The notes below the pieces were generated by a model. The model was not told the DNA's origin. It made no database searches and worked only from the letters and a program-made list of their open reading frames with translations. From Candidatus Latescibacterota bacterium (lineage in GTDB: Bacteria; Latescibacterota; UBA2968; UBA8231), in assembly GCA_965243025.1 (NCBI GenBank), contig CBDETY010000003.1, positions 2,624,001 through 2,688,000 on the forward strand: a stretch of DNA of 64,000 nucleotides, written 5' to 3'. Below are positions 18,807 to 29,515 of this stretch, piece after piece. A program made the translations under genes and the position numbers. The first letter of the stretch is position 1, and every line of letters begins with the position of its first letter.

Positions 18807-21614
18807 TCACTCGGTCCCGGCGTAAAGGGTGATAAAGCTCACCGTCTCCGTGAAGCCTTCGCTGTCTCGCTCGAACCGGCCCGGCTCAATCCGCTCGATC
18901 AACTCGTTCGAGGTGCGGCCGACCCGGAAGCCGAGCTGCGTGGTGAGGTGAAATCCCTGGTACTGGGATCGGTTCGACAACTGGATGGCAAAGGTGGCGG
19001 AGCGGAAGTCCCGGGTCTCGCCGACCTCGACCGCTTCCCCCAGCCCCGCCCGCCTGATGACGTCCTCTTCGTCGAGGACGAGATCGTGAAACTGCGCCAG
19101 CTCGAGCCCGGCCGTGAACTGTGACCGCCGCAGCACGGGAAACTGGAACACGAGCGCCGCCAGCCCCATCCAGTGCTCGCGGGGCTCGTCTGCCCGGGCA
19201 AACGCGTCCTGGAGCAGGAGCTCACTCTTGAGTCTGGGCGTCACGCTGAGTCTGCCCAGCGGCAGAGCGTACTCAGCCTTGTTGATAAGACCGAAAAGGA
19301 CGGATGCGTCCTCCAGCGGCCGCCCGTCGATGTCGCGCGGGTCGTCGGCCGCCTGGTTGTAGATCCGGTACTTGAGCTTGTTGTTGATCTCGAGACGCGG
19401 AACTGCGGTGTAGTCGAGCCCCAGCCAGGCGGTGTTCACCCATGTCTCCGGCGCGGGAAGGATGTCCTCGACGAGGGGCTGGATCGGGGCGTTTCGAAAA
19501 GGTGACGGCGCCCGCCGATCCTCGGGGATCGTGTCCTCGACGCGTTTGAGCATGTCGAAGACCCACAGCCGCCCCCACGAAGGGAAGTCCCTGTTGTAGG
19601 TGAACATGGCGTAAGTGGTCCGGTTGCGGCGGTCGTCGGAGAACATCTCCTCATCGAGGTGCCCCACGAAAATGCGCGCATCCGGCGTGAGGTGTGATCC
19701 CCCGAAGACATTGTACCCCTTGCGGTCGGCCTTGTAGGGGTAGTCGGGCAGATTGTCGTCTTCGAAGCGGTCGATGTAGCCGTTGTTGTTCAGGTCGATA
19801 CCGAACAGGAATTCGGGCCGATCTACGTGATGTCTGAGGAAGGGCTCCTCGTAGTCCGGAATCGTGTTGGGCACCGAGGTGTTGTCGTTCTGGTTGAAGT
19901 CGGAGATGAAGTCGTTGTTCTCGTCCCAGCCGGGGAAGATCTCCGGGTCCACGAACGAGGCGCCCGCTCGGGCCCAGTCGGGGAGGCGGTCCTGGTCGTC
20001 GTTGTCGTCGACGAACTCGTAGAGCGCGTTGGCAGGGACGTCGTACTGGAATTCCCCCTCATCGTCGGAGACGAAAGCGCTCGTGGAGTAATCCTCCGCC
20101 ACCGAGTAGAGCTCGCCGTAGGCGAAGTAGGGATAGCCCTGTCTCGAGACCGAGAGCAGCGCCGCATCGGCGCTGCGTGAGGAGATCTCGTGTCCCCGAT
20201 TGGCCGCGAAGCGGGAGGCGTTGGGGTACTGGGAGTACCTGATGTTCCGGTCCCACTCGCCGTAGAAGTCGAAGCCCAGCAGGTTCTTGCCCTCGATCGT
20301 GAATCCGCCCACCAGGTTGGCCGTGGGCAGACCGTATTGGAAGCGCACGACCCGCACGTTGGAGATGTCCTTGATGTTCCCCTCGGCCCGCTCCACGGGA
20401 AGCAGCACCGGCGATTGCTGCTCGAAGACTTCACTCGTCAGAGGCGGCAAGGGTACATCTTCCTCGCCATTCAGGCCGGTCTGCCTGTTCGACCACATGT
20501 CGATTCTGTAGTCGTTGGCCAGGATGTAGTCGAACTCCACTGCGATGATGCTCGTCAGGTCCGGACCGATGTAGGCCGCGTCATTGAAGTCGTAGTTCAG
20601 GGTGATCCGCTCGACGCCATCGGCCGCCAGGAACCCCTCCTTGACGAATCCCCCGAACACGGCAGGCCATTCCGCGCCCGCGCGCACGACCTCGGCGAGG
20701 GTGTGGACGGTTTCCTCCCCGGTTTCGAAGTCCCTGGTCCTGATACGCAGATCGTGGCCGAAGAGCGCTGCCCCTCCCTCGCCGTCCTCGGGGCTGTCAT
20801 CGCTCAAGACGACAGCGACCACGGTGACGGGCTTCCTGCTCTGGCCAGCGGTCAGGTTGCCGGCGATGAAATTGCCGTCGAACATGTCGAGAGCCGGATT
20901 CGAGTTCCTGGCGCCAACCAGGGTGCTCCCCAGGGTGATGAAGTCGCCGACCTGAACGGTCGCCCGCCCGCCGATGAGACTGGTGTGGCTGCTTGCAACG
21001 GAGGGCGTCTGGGTCCTGACAATGCCGGGGTCAGTGATGCGCGACGCGAGGACGGTGGCGGCGTACTTGTCGGCCGCGAAGTCGACCTGAACACCGTTGA
21101 ACCTCGGTTTGGAAAAGGTCATCGGTGTCAGCGTAGTCCGTATCTCTTTCCCAACGGTCACGGCGTAGGCGTACTGACCGCGGGCGTCGCCGCTCACCGT
21201 CAGGTCGCTGAACCACTCGGTGAATCTGGGGTCCTTGTAGAGACTGCTGCCCTGCGACTGGGGCTGGTCCTGACGCCAGTCGTAAATGAGCCAGCCATAG
21301 CTGATGAAATCGCCGAAGTTGTCGTAGAAGTAGTCTCCCGCGATCCTGGTATCGACGTAGCGCTCGTACCCTACCCTGGCGTAGTTGCTGTACTCCCACT
21401 GTCGCCACTGGTATTCGTGATACAGCTCCTGAGGCACGTACCAGCGCCTGACGGTGGGATCCAGAGCGCCGAACATCACCCCCGATCCCCGGGGCTGGAA
21501 GTTCACATCGCCTCCCCGCGCCGCCCCGAGTCGGGAGCCGTAATCCTCTGCCCCGGCAGCGCCCGAGGACAGCGCAGTCACAGTGAGGACTATGTCGAAC
21601 AGGCGAGACTTCAA
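18807..21614 (-). CDS. ~935-aa secreted putative outer-membrane beta-barrel-like protein (barrel paralog 3)
   Basis: Probable TTG start after GAGGAAG; signal peptide; ALDP..RRWY, GWLIYDWRQ, LSDDSPEDGEGG, DDNDD, FISDFNQND, DLNNNG; alternating beta strands; ends FITLYAGTE. Confidence 0.8.
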   Translation of the reverse strand: MKSRLFDIVLTVTALSSGAAGAEDYGSRLGAARGGDVNFQPRGSGVMFGALDPTVRRWYVPQELYHEYQWRQWEYSNYARVGYERYVDTRIAGDYFYDNFGDFISYGWLIYDWRQDQPQSQGSSLYKDPRFTEWFSDLTVSGDARGQYAYAVTVGKEIRTTLTPMTFSKPRFNGVQVDFAADKYAATVLASRITDPGIVRTQTPSVASSHTSLIGGRATVQVGDFITLGSTLVGARNSNPALDMFDGNFIAGNLTAGQSRKPVTVVAVVLSDDSPEDGEGGAALFGHDLRIRTRDFETGEETVHTLAEVVRAGAEWPAVFGGFVKEGFLAADGVERITLNYDFNDAAYIGPDLTSIIAVEFDYILANDYRIDMWSNRQTGLNGEEDVPLPPLTSEVFEQQSPVLLPVERAEGNIKDISNVRVVRFQYGLPTANLVGGFTIEGKNLLGFDFYGEWDRNIRYSQYPNASRFAANRGHEISSRSADAALLSVSRQGYPYFAYGELYSVAEDYSTSAFVSDDEGEFQYDVPANALYEFVDDNDDQDRLPDWARAGASFVDPEIFPGWDENNDFISDFNQNDNTSVPNTIPDYEEPFLRHHVDRPEFLFGIDLNNNGYIDRFEDDNLPDYPYKADRKGYNVFGGSHLTPDARIFVGHLDEEMFSDDRRNRTTYAMFTYNRDFPSWGRLWVFDMLKRVEDTIPEDRRAPSPFRNAPIQPLVEDILPAPETWVNTAWLGLDYTAVPRLEINNKLKYRIYNQAADDPRDIDGRPLEDASVLFGLINKAEYALPLGRLSVTPRLKSELLLQDAFARADEPREHWMGLAALVFQFPVLRRSQFTAGLELAQFHDLVLDEEDVIRRAGLGEAVEVGETRDFRSATFAIQLSNRSQYQGFHLTTQLGFRVGRTSNELIERIEPGRFERDSEGFTETVSFITLYAGTE

Positions 21615-21884
21615 AGCGGGCTCTTCCTCATGTTTTCGAGAAAAAAGTGTGTTCTCAAAGGCGCGCGTCAAGTGACGGGCGGGCGGTTTGTGGTTGGCTT
21701 GACGGCCCTCAAATCGTCATTTCACAACTGATGCCCAGGGAAAGTTGCCGGCTCGCCGGTTTCGGGCGGCTTCATGATGGCGCGCTCCCCCTGAAACCCG
21801 GCCTCGTCGCCGGGAAGGCGCCTTCCCACGACAGCGGCATTTTGCTCGGGGCGTTTCGCCGAAGCCGACGGTGCCGTGTTCCCG

Positions 21885-24455
21885 TCAGGGCCGTTCGCCC
21901 AGCACCTCGAGCAATCGGCGCGACACGTTTTCCTCCGGATCGATCGCAGCGGCACGCCAGAACCGCTCCCGCGCTCTGCTCCTGTCACCCTTGAGCATGG
22001 CGATCGTCCCCTCGACGGCGTAGCGGCGTGCCGCGAGGCGCTTCTCGAGCCTTTCCACCTGTTCCGGGCCGGCGCCCGAAAGCATGGAGGCGTCCACCTC
22101 TTCGATGAGATGGCGCCTCATGCTTTCGAGGGCTGCCACGCCGTTGAGACCGTAGTCATCGCTGTCGGTGTAACCAATCCGGGTCATGGCGTCGGTGTTG
22201 ATCGGGCCCCTGCCCACGCAGCGGTCCACGGCCGCCCGGTCGAGAGCGAGAGTGCTGAGAAAGGAGACGGCGTCACCGAGGTCGACCGGCGCGAGATTAG
22301 CCTCGATTTCGGGTCGCGCAAGCCGTCGCTGCAGCATGGCGTAGTCGATATGCAGGGGGTCGAAGGAACCGAGCAGGATCGTGTAGATTTCGTTCAGCCA
22401 CACCGAAACGTGCGGGAACGTGGACCTGAAGGTCCGCAGGATGACTCTGTAATCCTCGGCCGTCAGACCGTGAAGGGGCACCCATTGAGCGAGCAAGCCG
22501 CCATCATTCAAGCCCCGGCGGCAGAGGTCGTAGAACTCGCGGGTGTACAGCAGCCAGCTGTCCGCCGTCGTCGGATGGGTGGCGTCGCAGATGATGACAT
22601 CGTAGCGCTCGTCCGTGCGCAGCAGATGGGTTCGCCCGTCTTCGGCGATCAAATTGATGTGAGACGAGTCGAAGCGACCGGCGATGCCGTTGTTGTACTC
22701 AGCGAAGTAGCCTGCCGCCCCGAACACGGCCGGCACGACCTCGACGCAGTCGAGACGCTCCGGACCGTGCAATTCCGCCGCTGACAGGGTCACGCCCCCG
22801 CCGAAGGCCACGACGAGAGCTTTCTCGGGCTCGGGGTGCAACAGGAGAGGCAGATTGCCGAGGGTGCGAAACGTCTGCATCGCGGCGTGGTCGGTGCGAA
22901 CTTCGCCAGTGCCGTTCACCCGCAGGCTGCGATGGCCCTCGGCGATCTGGTAGACGCTGACCGTGCCTCCCACATCCTCGCTGTAGTAGATGAGCTCACC
23001 CTGCGGGTCGACCTGATCCAGAAGTCTTGCGAAAAGATCCCCCGGCACAGCGACTTCAAGGGCCACCGCCGGAAGCGCCAGGACCGCGACAAGGGCCCAT
23101 TTTCTCCCCAATCGAGTCAGCGGGCCGGCGAGGAGCAGGACAACCCCGAGAACGACATTCGTCCACGCCAGGGCCTGAATCGTCAACTGCGTCCCGAGGA
23201 GGGGGATCAAAACGAACCCGGCCGCCAGGGAGCCGGCGATAGCCCCACCGGTGTTGGCCGCATAGAGGTCTCCGATGCGCCGGCCCACGCTTTGCAGTCC
23301 GGTCACCTGGAGCCGGACGGCTATCGGAAAAACGGCTCCCATGAGGAAAGTGGGGACGAACATGACGACGACGGCGACAATGAGCAGATCCGCTTCGGGC
23401 GACAGACTGAAGGCGCTCTCGAGAAAACTGAAGTAGGCGACGCCGCTGCCCAGGAGGGCGATCGAGGCGAGGCCGAAGAGTCCGATCAGCATCTCGATGG
23501 CGCCGAAGGCGAGGGCGGGATCCCGCCCTCGATCCGCGAGGCGCGCGCCGGCGGCTCCACCAGAGGCGAGGCCGAGGAGGAAGGCGATCAGGATGGTGCT
23601 GAAACTCAGGGTTGTCGCCGCCTTGTGGAGAATCGTCAACAGCCTCGTCCACACCACTTCATAGCCAAGAGCGGTGAACCCGGACAGGCCGAATGCCACC
23701 AGTGTGAGGGGACGCATCCAGGTCGGAAGAGCCTCGGAAGAGTCGTGCCGGACGGTCGGCCTCGGAACAACCGGATGTTCTTCGGCCGCGATGTCGTGTT
23801 CCCGCGTTTGCACCTCTCCCCATGTCCGGCTCAGGAGGAGAGAGGTAGCTCCTATGAGCAGATTCGTCGCGGCGCCCAGGTAGGTGGCGCCAGTCACTCC
23901 GACGCTGGGCAGCAGTACGAAAGCGGCTACGAACACTCCAACGGCAGCACCGAAGGTATTCACCGCGTAGAGTCCGCCAACCGTCGAACCAGTGCCCGCA
24001 ATACGATCGACGGCGAACTTGCCCATGACGGGCAAGGTCGCACCCATCAGCGTCGTCGGCACGATGAGGACGGCAAAGGCGAGTGCGAGGCGAGTGACGG
24101 AGGCGAAGAAGGGACTCTCACCGCTGAGCCGGAAGCTGAGGACGTAAGCCTCGTCCAGAGCTCCGATGATGAAAGGAACGACGAGGGCGCACACGCCGAT
24201 GGCGATCTCGAGTCGCCCGTATGTCCTCAGCCGTTCCGCCCGCCTGTCCGTCGCTCGACCGAAGTAGAACCCGCCCAGTGCGAGGCCGGCCATGAACGAC
24301 GCCAGCACGGTGCTGACGGCGTGGGCACTGACGCCGAATACGACCAGCAGCATCCGCACCCAGATGACCTCGTAGACCAGTGAGCACGCCCCGGACAGAA
24401 AGAACAGGGCGAGAATGACGGCTCCCATCGATGAGGTCATAAGCCCGCGGCGCAC
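21885..24455 (-). CDS. Fused membrane (MFS-like)/spermidine synthase-like protein with C-terminal TPR
   Basis: FFLSGACSLVYEVIW, LYAVNTFG/LYAANTGG repeated halves, LVVAFGGGVT, CVEVVP, EDGR, YDVIICD, LYTREFY. Confidence 0.88.
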   Translation of the reverse strand: MRRGLMTSSMGAVILALFFLSGACSLVYEVIWVRMLLVVFGVSAHAVSTVLASFMAGLALGGFYFGRATDRRAERLRTYGRLEIAIGVCALVVPFIIGALDEAYVLSFRLSGESPFFASVTRLALAFAVLIVPTTLMGATLPVMGKFAVDRIAGTGSTVGGLYAVNTFGAAVGVFVAAFVLLPSVGVTGATYLGAATNLLIGATSLLLSRTWGEVQTREHDIAAEEHPVVPRPTVRHDSSEALPTWMRPLTLVAFGLSGFTALGYEVVWTRLLTILHKAATTLSFSTILIAFLLGLASGGAAGARLADRGRDPALAFGAIEMLIGLFGLASIALLGSGVAYFSFLESAFSLSPEADLLIVAVVVMFVPTFLMGAVFPIAVRLQVTGLQSVGRRIGDLYAANTGGAIAGSLAAGFVLIPLLGTQLTIQALAWTNVVLGVVLLLAGPLTRLGRKWALVAVLALPAVALEVAVPGDLFARLLDQVDPQGELIYYSEDVGGTVSVYQIAEGHRSLRVNGTGEVRTDHAAMQTFRTLGNLPLLLHPEPEKALVVAFGGGVTLSAAELHGPERLDCVEVVPAVFGAAGYFAEYNNGIAGRFDSSHINLIAEDGRTHLLRTDERYDVIICDATHPTTADSWLLYTREFYDLCRRGLNDGGLLAQWVPLHGLTAEDYRVILRTFRSTFPHVSVWLNEIYTILLGSFDPLHIDYAMLQRRLARPEIEANLAPVDLGDAVSFLSTLALDRAAVDRCVGRGPINTDAMTRIGYTDSDDYGLNGVAALESMRRHLIEEVDASMLSGAGPEQVERLEKRLAARRYAVEGTIAMLKGDRSRARERFWRAAAIDPEENVSRRLLEVLGERP

Positions 24456-24462
24456 CAGTGTC

Positions 24463-24777
24463 TCACACGGCCGTGATGCGATTGCCGTAGTTGCCGGTTA
24501 TGCCGTCGATGACGAGCCACACGCCGCCTGTCGTCGTCTCTCCCAGGATGAGGCCCGGGAAGAACGGCCGCAGCTGGGCGAAGAGACCAGGGCCACCGTA
24601 CTGCAGGGTAACGGCCTTCAGGAACCAGGCGACGAAGGCAGAAAGCCAGATCTGGCCGGTGATGAACCCAGGGGCGCCGGCGAACAGCGACAGCAGGCAG
24701 CCGACGAGGAGGCCTTTCCATGTGAAGGGGGATCGCGACGAAGACATGCCCGGAGTGGACGAGCGCGGTCCGAGCAT
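24463..24777 (-). pseudogene. Internally deleted mini-copy of a DUF6785/DUF6784 membrane protein (ORF still open)
   Basis: N-part SPFTWKGLLVGCLLS resembles SPFSLKGLATGIALS; joined directly to C-part ITGQIWLSAFVAWFLK...LRPFFPGLILGE, which resembles LTGHIWFSCMVAWVIK...MKPFFLGLILGE of 3338-5275. Confidence 0.7.
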
Positions 24778-24944
24778 GGGCTAGTGTCCTGTCGCAGAGA
24801 TAGATTGACAAAATCGGGAGGCCGAGGCGCCCGGCTCACAAGGCGCCTGAGCGAGTCGTACCGAGGGTGTACGGGGAGCGAAGGCAACGCCGTGAGCCGG
24901 GATGGATCGGCTTCCCGATGTCGACATATTTCTGCGACAGGACA

Positions 24945-26597
24945 CTAGGATCTGTCGATCTTCTGCAGTTCGTCCCAGAAGACCGTTACGCCGTACCTGT
25001 CCCGCAACCTGCGCAAGTAGTCCTTGTAGACCCGGGATCTTTTCTGCATTGTGACGAACGCTGTGGCGCGACGCTTGGAAAAATCGTGGTACGGCTTGAG
25101 CTCCGGCGACTTGCGGTCGAGGATCACAAACACGGAATATCCGTCTTTCACCTTCACCGGCCCCCCGATGTCGCCGACCTCCATCTCCTTCGCCGCTTCG
25201 TAGACGTCTGGATAGCGCGTTACCGTGCCCAGCTTGATTCGACCTCCGTGATGCGCCCGCCCCTCGCGGAACGTGTGCGAGGTCGCCAGCTCCTCCGGGT
25301 CCGCCCCCTGTTCCAACTCTTGCTTCAGTTGCCGCGCCAGCTGCGGAGAAGGGACCAGCACTTCGATCGCTTCCATCTCGTCCAGGGTTTGAAAGAGCTC
25401 CGGGTGATCTTCGTAGTAGGCCCTGGCCTCTTCGGGTGAGACCGCCACCTGCTCGACCACTTCCCGATCCCGCACGGTACTCATGAGCAGATCCTGCCGT
25501 TCTGCCTCCACCGCCGAGACGACCGAGGGGTCCTGGTGCAGTCCTGCGGCATGCGCCTCCTCCAGGCGAAGTCGATCGACGATGACGCGGTCTCGAAGAT
25601 ACCTTGCGAAGGAGGTGCTGTCGGCAAATCCCTGTCCCTGGGGCGCCATGCTCTGCAGATCTCCGACCGTGAGCTGCCCTCCCCGGTAGTCGACGATGAC
25701 GACGCTCGGGTCGAAACCCGCCACCGCGGCAGTGTCTCCCGGCGTCGAGTGGGTCGATCGCAGCAGATCGGAAACGACTTCGAACTGGATCTGCGGCGCG
25801 TACGCCTCGACGAGCGAATCGCTCACCGCCGCCATACGCTCCTGCTGTTTTCGAGCAAACACCTCTCCCCGCAGCACATCCTCGGACTCGGCTACCGGAA
25901 GTGGCATCTCGTCCAGTATCTTGAAAATCGCATAGTGTCTCGCGCCCCTGTATGCGAGGGACACGGGTTCGGAGAGCTCCCCCACCTCAAGGCGAAAGAT
26001 CTCTTCTCTGATCTCCTCCGCGGTGGCGTCCTTGGTCAGGTACCTGAAGTTGTCTCCACCCTGGTCCCTGGTCTCTTCGTAGACCGAGCGCTGTCGCGCC
26101 AGGTCGGCGAAGTCAGCTCCCTCTTCCAGCTCCGCCAGTACCCCGAGCGCCTCCTCACGAGTCGCCAACATGATTCCGGCGAACCGGAGCGCCCGATCGC
26201 GTCGCGTCTGTCGGTATTGCTCCAGTATCTCCTGCCCGGTGACGACGACCTTGGCGTTGATCTCGCGCTGTCCGTGGAGGATGAGCATTCTCTGCTCTCT
26301 GAAGCGCGAGATCGTCGGATCGAACCAGGGCTCTTCGTCGATTCCCATCGCTCTGGCTTGCTGCAGCAGGACGGTTTTGTCGATGAGACTCTCGAGCAAC
26401 AGACTGTCCGACGAAACGCCGGGCTCCTCTCCCTTGTAGACCTCCGGCAGGCTGGCGCCAAACGACTCCAGGTCGCTCAGCGTGAGTTCCGTCGCCCCCA
26501 CCCGGGCGATCACCGGGTTGCTCTCCGACGCGGAACTTGCCGCTACGGCAAGTCCGTGCAGTATGGCGACCAGGGTGAGCAGCCGGCGGCCAGCCAC
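24945..26597 (-). CDS. Periplasmic two-domain parvulin (PpiC-type) peptidyl-prolyl isomerase, SurA/PrsA-like
   Basis: Signal peptide; GADFADLARQRS...GGD...LEVGELSEPV and GADPEELA...GG...MEVGDIGGPV; GTG overlaps the upstream TAG. Confidence 0.88.
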   Translation of the reverse strand: MAGRRLLTLVAILHGLAVAASSASESNPVIARVGATELTLSDLESFGASLPEVYKGEEPGVSSDSLLLESLIDKTVLLQQARAMGIDEEPWFDPTISRFREQRMLILHGQREINAKVVVTGQEILEQYRQTRRDRALRFAGIMLATREEALGVLAELEEGADFADLARQRSVYEETRDQGGDNFRYLTKDATAEEIREEIFRLEVGELSEPVSLAYRGARHYAIFKILDEMPLPVAESEDVLRGEVFARKQQERMAAVSDSLVEAYAPQIQFEVVSDLLRSTHSTPGDTAAVAGFDPSVVIVDYRGGQLTVGDLQSMAPQGQGFADSTSFARYLRDRVIVDRLRLEEAHAAGLHQDPSVVSAVEAERQDLLMSTVRDREVVEQVAVSPEEARAYYEDHPELFQTLDEMEAIEVLVPSPQLARQLKQELEQGADPEELATSHTFREGRAHHGGRIKLGTVTRYPDVYEAAKEMEVGDIGGPVKVKDGYSVFVILDRKSPELKPYHDFSKRRATAFVTMQKRSRVYKDYLRRLRDRYGVTVFWDELQKIDRS

Positions 26598-29515
26598 TAC
26601 AGGCCCGCCATCACGGTGAGAAAGATCAGACCGGAGGTATCTGTGTCCCGATCGCCGTCGACGATCTCCAGAGAACGTCGATCGATGCGGCTGCCCAGCT
26701 GTGCCGTGACGTGATAGCCAAGGTAATCACTGCGATTCGTCAGCTGGAGCGCCAGCACCGAGCCGCGGAAATCGCCGCTGAACAGGCCCGCGAGTTCGTC
26801 CTCGTCTTCTCTCAGTTCGTGGAAAAAGCGTTGCTCCCAGCCGGCCTGCAGCTGGGTCGAGCGGAGCAGCGGCATCGACAGCTGGAGGAAGAAGATGGCG
26901 TCCCAGGAGCGCCGTTTGAGCTCATCGCGCCGGAAAGGAGTCTCGTTGAGGAACTCGCTCTTGAATCGCGGCTCGATCTGCATCCGTCCGAGGTCGTGAA
27001 CGTATCCGACCTTGTTGATCAGGCCGGTAAACCCGGAGTGCTCCCGTCCGTTTCGTCCCTCCGGACCGAGGGGATCAAAAACAGAGACTGTGTCGCCGGC
27101 GGCATCGAGTGTGACCTCGACGTCAGCCTGACGCTGACGCCAGGTCTCCCACTTGAAGCGGTGAAAGGTCGCCCAGCCGCGGGGGCTGTCGTAGCGGTAG
27201 TCGGCGTAGAAGCTGTTGATCCAGGTGTCCTCGGCTGCCAGGGGGTCCTGCACCGGCTGGTTCCGCCCGCGCGAGGTGGCAGCGCGCCCGAAGTCCGTCC
27301 TCGGGATGACCCATTGCATCAAGTGATCGGGAATGTCGTCCTCCACCTTTTTCAGCATGTCGAACAAGCGGACCCGCCCCCACGGCCGATCCTCGTAGGC
27401 GGTCGCGAGTGCGTAGGTCGCCACGCTTTCCCGTGAGCTTTTCCTGGTCTCCTCCCGCAGCTGTCCGACTCTCAATCTCGCTCCCGGAGAGAGCTCGACA
27501 CCGCCGTATACGTTTCGCCCCCAGTGGTCCTTCTTGTAGGGGTAGTCCGGCTGGTCGTCGTTCTCGAAGCGCTCCGCCCAGCCGTTGTTGTTCAGGTCCA
27601 TCCCGACGAGGAACCGGGGACGATCGGCGTGATAGCGCAGGAAGGGCTCGTCGTAGTCGGGGAAGAAGTTCCGCCGTCCGGGGATATCGTTCTGGTTGAA
27701 GTCGGAGATGAAATCGCCGTTCTCATCGTAACCCGGAAAGACTTCGGGATCGGCCCTGCCGCGAGACTCGATCGTCACCTGCGGCCGCTGCGGATCGGGA
27801 ATGAGACTGCCCTCGCCGATGCGCAGCTGGTCCGGGTGCCGGTCGTTGTCGTCGTTGTCGTCGACGTAGTCGTAGAGCACGTTGGTGGCCTCTGGATCAT
27901 AATTCGTACGGCCCCCCGTTCGCACAGGACGCACGCTCGTGGTGTAATCGTCGTCCATGCCGAACCCCTCGGCGAAGACGGACCATGGGCCATGTCTCCA
28001 GGACAGGTTGAGCATGAAGCCGACGGCGTGCTCGTCCCCCCGAATGCCGGAGATGGCGCGGTGCTTATCGAGCCCGCCCGAGGGGTATTTGCGGTAGGTC
28101 GTGTTGAGGTTGGCCTCGCCGTAGAAGTCGATGCCGTGGAAGTCGCGGATCTCGGTCGAAATCCCCGCGATCTGGTTCGCCGTCGGCAGGCCGTAATCGA
28201 AGACGACCTCTCGCCGGTTCAGCCCGTTCTTCACGTTCCCTTCGGCCCTCGTCACGAGCCGGAACTGAGGCACGTCATCGTCGTCGGTCTGCCGGTTCGA
28301 GGTCGCCTCGATGCGGTAGTCGTTTGCCACGACGAGCCGGAAGCGGACATCCCTGATGTTGAAGACCGCGTCCTCGGCCTCCTCCGGTGTAAGGCGAAGT
28401 CGATCTACCAGCAGTGTTCTCAGATCGGTCACATCCGCTTGCGGTCGCTCCACCAGCGGATACTTGAGCACGATATCCTCGGTTCCGCTCGCCGTCAGGA
28501 AACCGCGCTCCAGCCGGCCACCCTCCACCAGGGGTCGGAAACCGATGTCGCTGCCCAGTATGACGGTGTCGATCCGAGCCATGACGGGAGGCTCCGTATC
28601 GGGCAGCTCGCGCACGAGTGTCGTGTGGATCTGCACGTCGTCGCTGAAGAGGACGACTCCGCCTTCGCCGTCCTCGGGCGAGTCGTCGGACAGCCGCAGT
28701 ACGAGAAGCTCCAACCGCTCGGACAGCTGCACGGCGCTGAGGAACCCCTTCATCGGATTCCCCGTGAAGGCGTCGCGGGTGGCGCTGTTGTTGTGACTGT
28801 TGATGAAATTCAGGCCCACCGTCAGGAAGTCGGCCACATCCACCTCCGCCCTGCCGCCCATGAGATTGGTAAAATTGGAGAAGCTCACGAGGCCGCCGAA
28901 GGCGGGGTTCGAGATTCTCGACAGCACACCGGTGAAGCGGAAACGGTCGGCTGCGTAGCTGCCCACCAGTCCGTTGAAGCCGGCCTTGCGGAACGTCATG
29001 GGTGTGAGAGTGGCGAACATCTCGTCCCCAACGGTGAGCGCGTACCCCCGCCCGCCGCTTACGTCGGAGGCGATGACCAGGCGGTCGAACCACCGGATGT
29101 AGCGCGCATCCTGCAGCACCTGGGAACCGCCCGAACTGGCCGGCTGTGTCTGGCGCCAGTCGTAGATCAGCCACCCCTGCGTGATGAGGTCGCCGTACTG
29201 ATCGTAGAAGTAGGCCCCCTCCTGTGTGCTGCTCACATACCGCTTGTAGATGTCGGAAGCGTAGTTCGTGTATTCCCACTGGCGGCGGCCCCGCTCGCCG
29301 AACATCGATGCCGGCAGGTACCAGCGACCGATGGTCGGGTCGAGGGCTTCTGCGTAGATATTCACCCCCCGGGGACGGTAGAGGACTTCGTCCCCGACGC
29401 GGTTGCCGATCCGAAAACCGTACGGCCCTTGAGCGAGCAGGGGGAGGGGAATCAGGGCCGCCAGCAGTACGCTCGTCCCGAGAATTCCGGCACGTGGATG
29501 GCCAGCCATCGTCAT
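26597..29515 (-). CDS. ~970-aa secreted putative beta-barrel-like protein (barrel paralog 2)
   Basis: ATGA-coupled start; signal peptide; same motifs (ALDPTIGRWY, LSDDSPEDGEGG, FISDFNQND, DLNNNGW, PDYPYK); ends IFLTVMAGL. Confidence 0.8.
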   Translation of the reverse strand: MTMAGHPRAGILGTSVLLAALIPLPLLAQGPYGFRIGNRVGDEVLYRPRGVNIYAEALDPTIGRWYLPASMFGERGRRQWEYTNYASDIYKRYVSSTQEGAYFYDQYGDLITQGWLIYDWRQTQPASSGGSQVLQDARYIRWFDRLVIASDVSGGRGYALTVGDEMFATLTPMTFRKAGFNGLVGSYAADRFRFTGVLSRISNPAFGGLVSFSNFTNLMGGRAEVDVADFLTVGLNFINSHNNSATRDAFTGNPMKGFLSAVQLSERLELLVLRLSDDSPEDGEGGVVLFSDDVQIHTTLVRELPDTEPPVMARIDTVILGSDIGFRPLVEGGRLERGFLTASGTEDIVLKYPLVERPQADVTDLRTLLVDRLRLTPEEAEDAVFNIRDVRFRLVVANDYRIEATSNRQTDDDDVPQFRLVTRAEGNVKNGLNRREVVFDYGLPTANQIAGISTEIRDFHGIDFYGEANLNTTYRKYPSGGLDKHRAISGIRGDEHAVGFMLNLSWRHGPWSVFAEGFGMDDDYTTSVRPVRTGGRTNYDPEATNVLYDYVDDNDDNDRHPDQLRIGEGSLIPDPQRPQVTIESRGRADPEVFPGYDENGDFISDFNQNDIPGRRNFFPDYDEPFLRYHADRPRFLVGMDLNNNGWAERFENDDQPDYPYKKDHWGRNVYGGVELSPGARLRVGQLREETRKSSRESVATYALATAYEDRPWGRVRLFDMLKKVEDDIPDHLMQWVIPRTDFGRAATSRGRNQPVQDPLAAEDTWINSFYADYRYDSPRGWATFHRFKWETWRQRQADVEVTLDAAGDTVSVFDPLGPEGRNGREHSGFTGLINKVGYVHDLGRMQIEPRFKSEFLNETPFRRDELKRRSWDAIFFLQLSMPLLRSTQLQAGWEQRFFHELREDEDELAGLFSGDFRGSVLALQLTNRSDYLGYHVTAQLGSRIDRRSLEIVDGDRDTDTSGLIFLTVMAGL

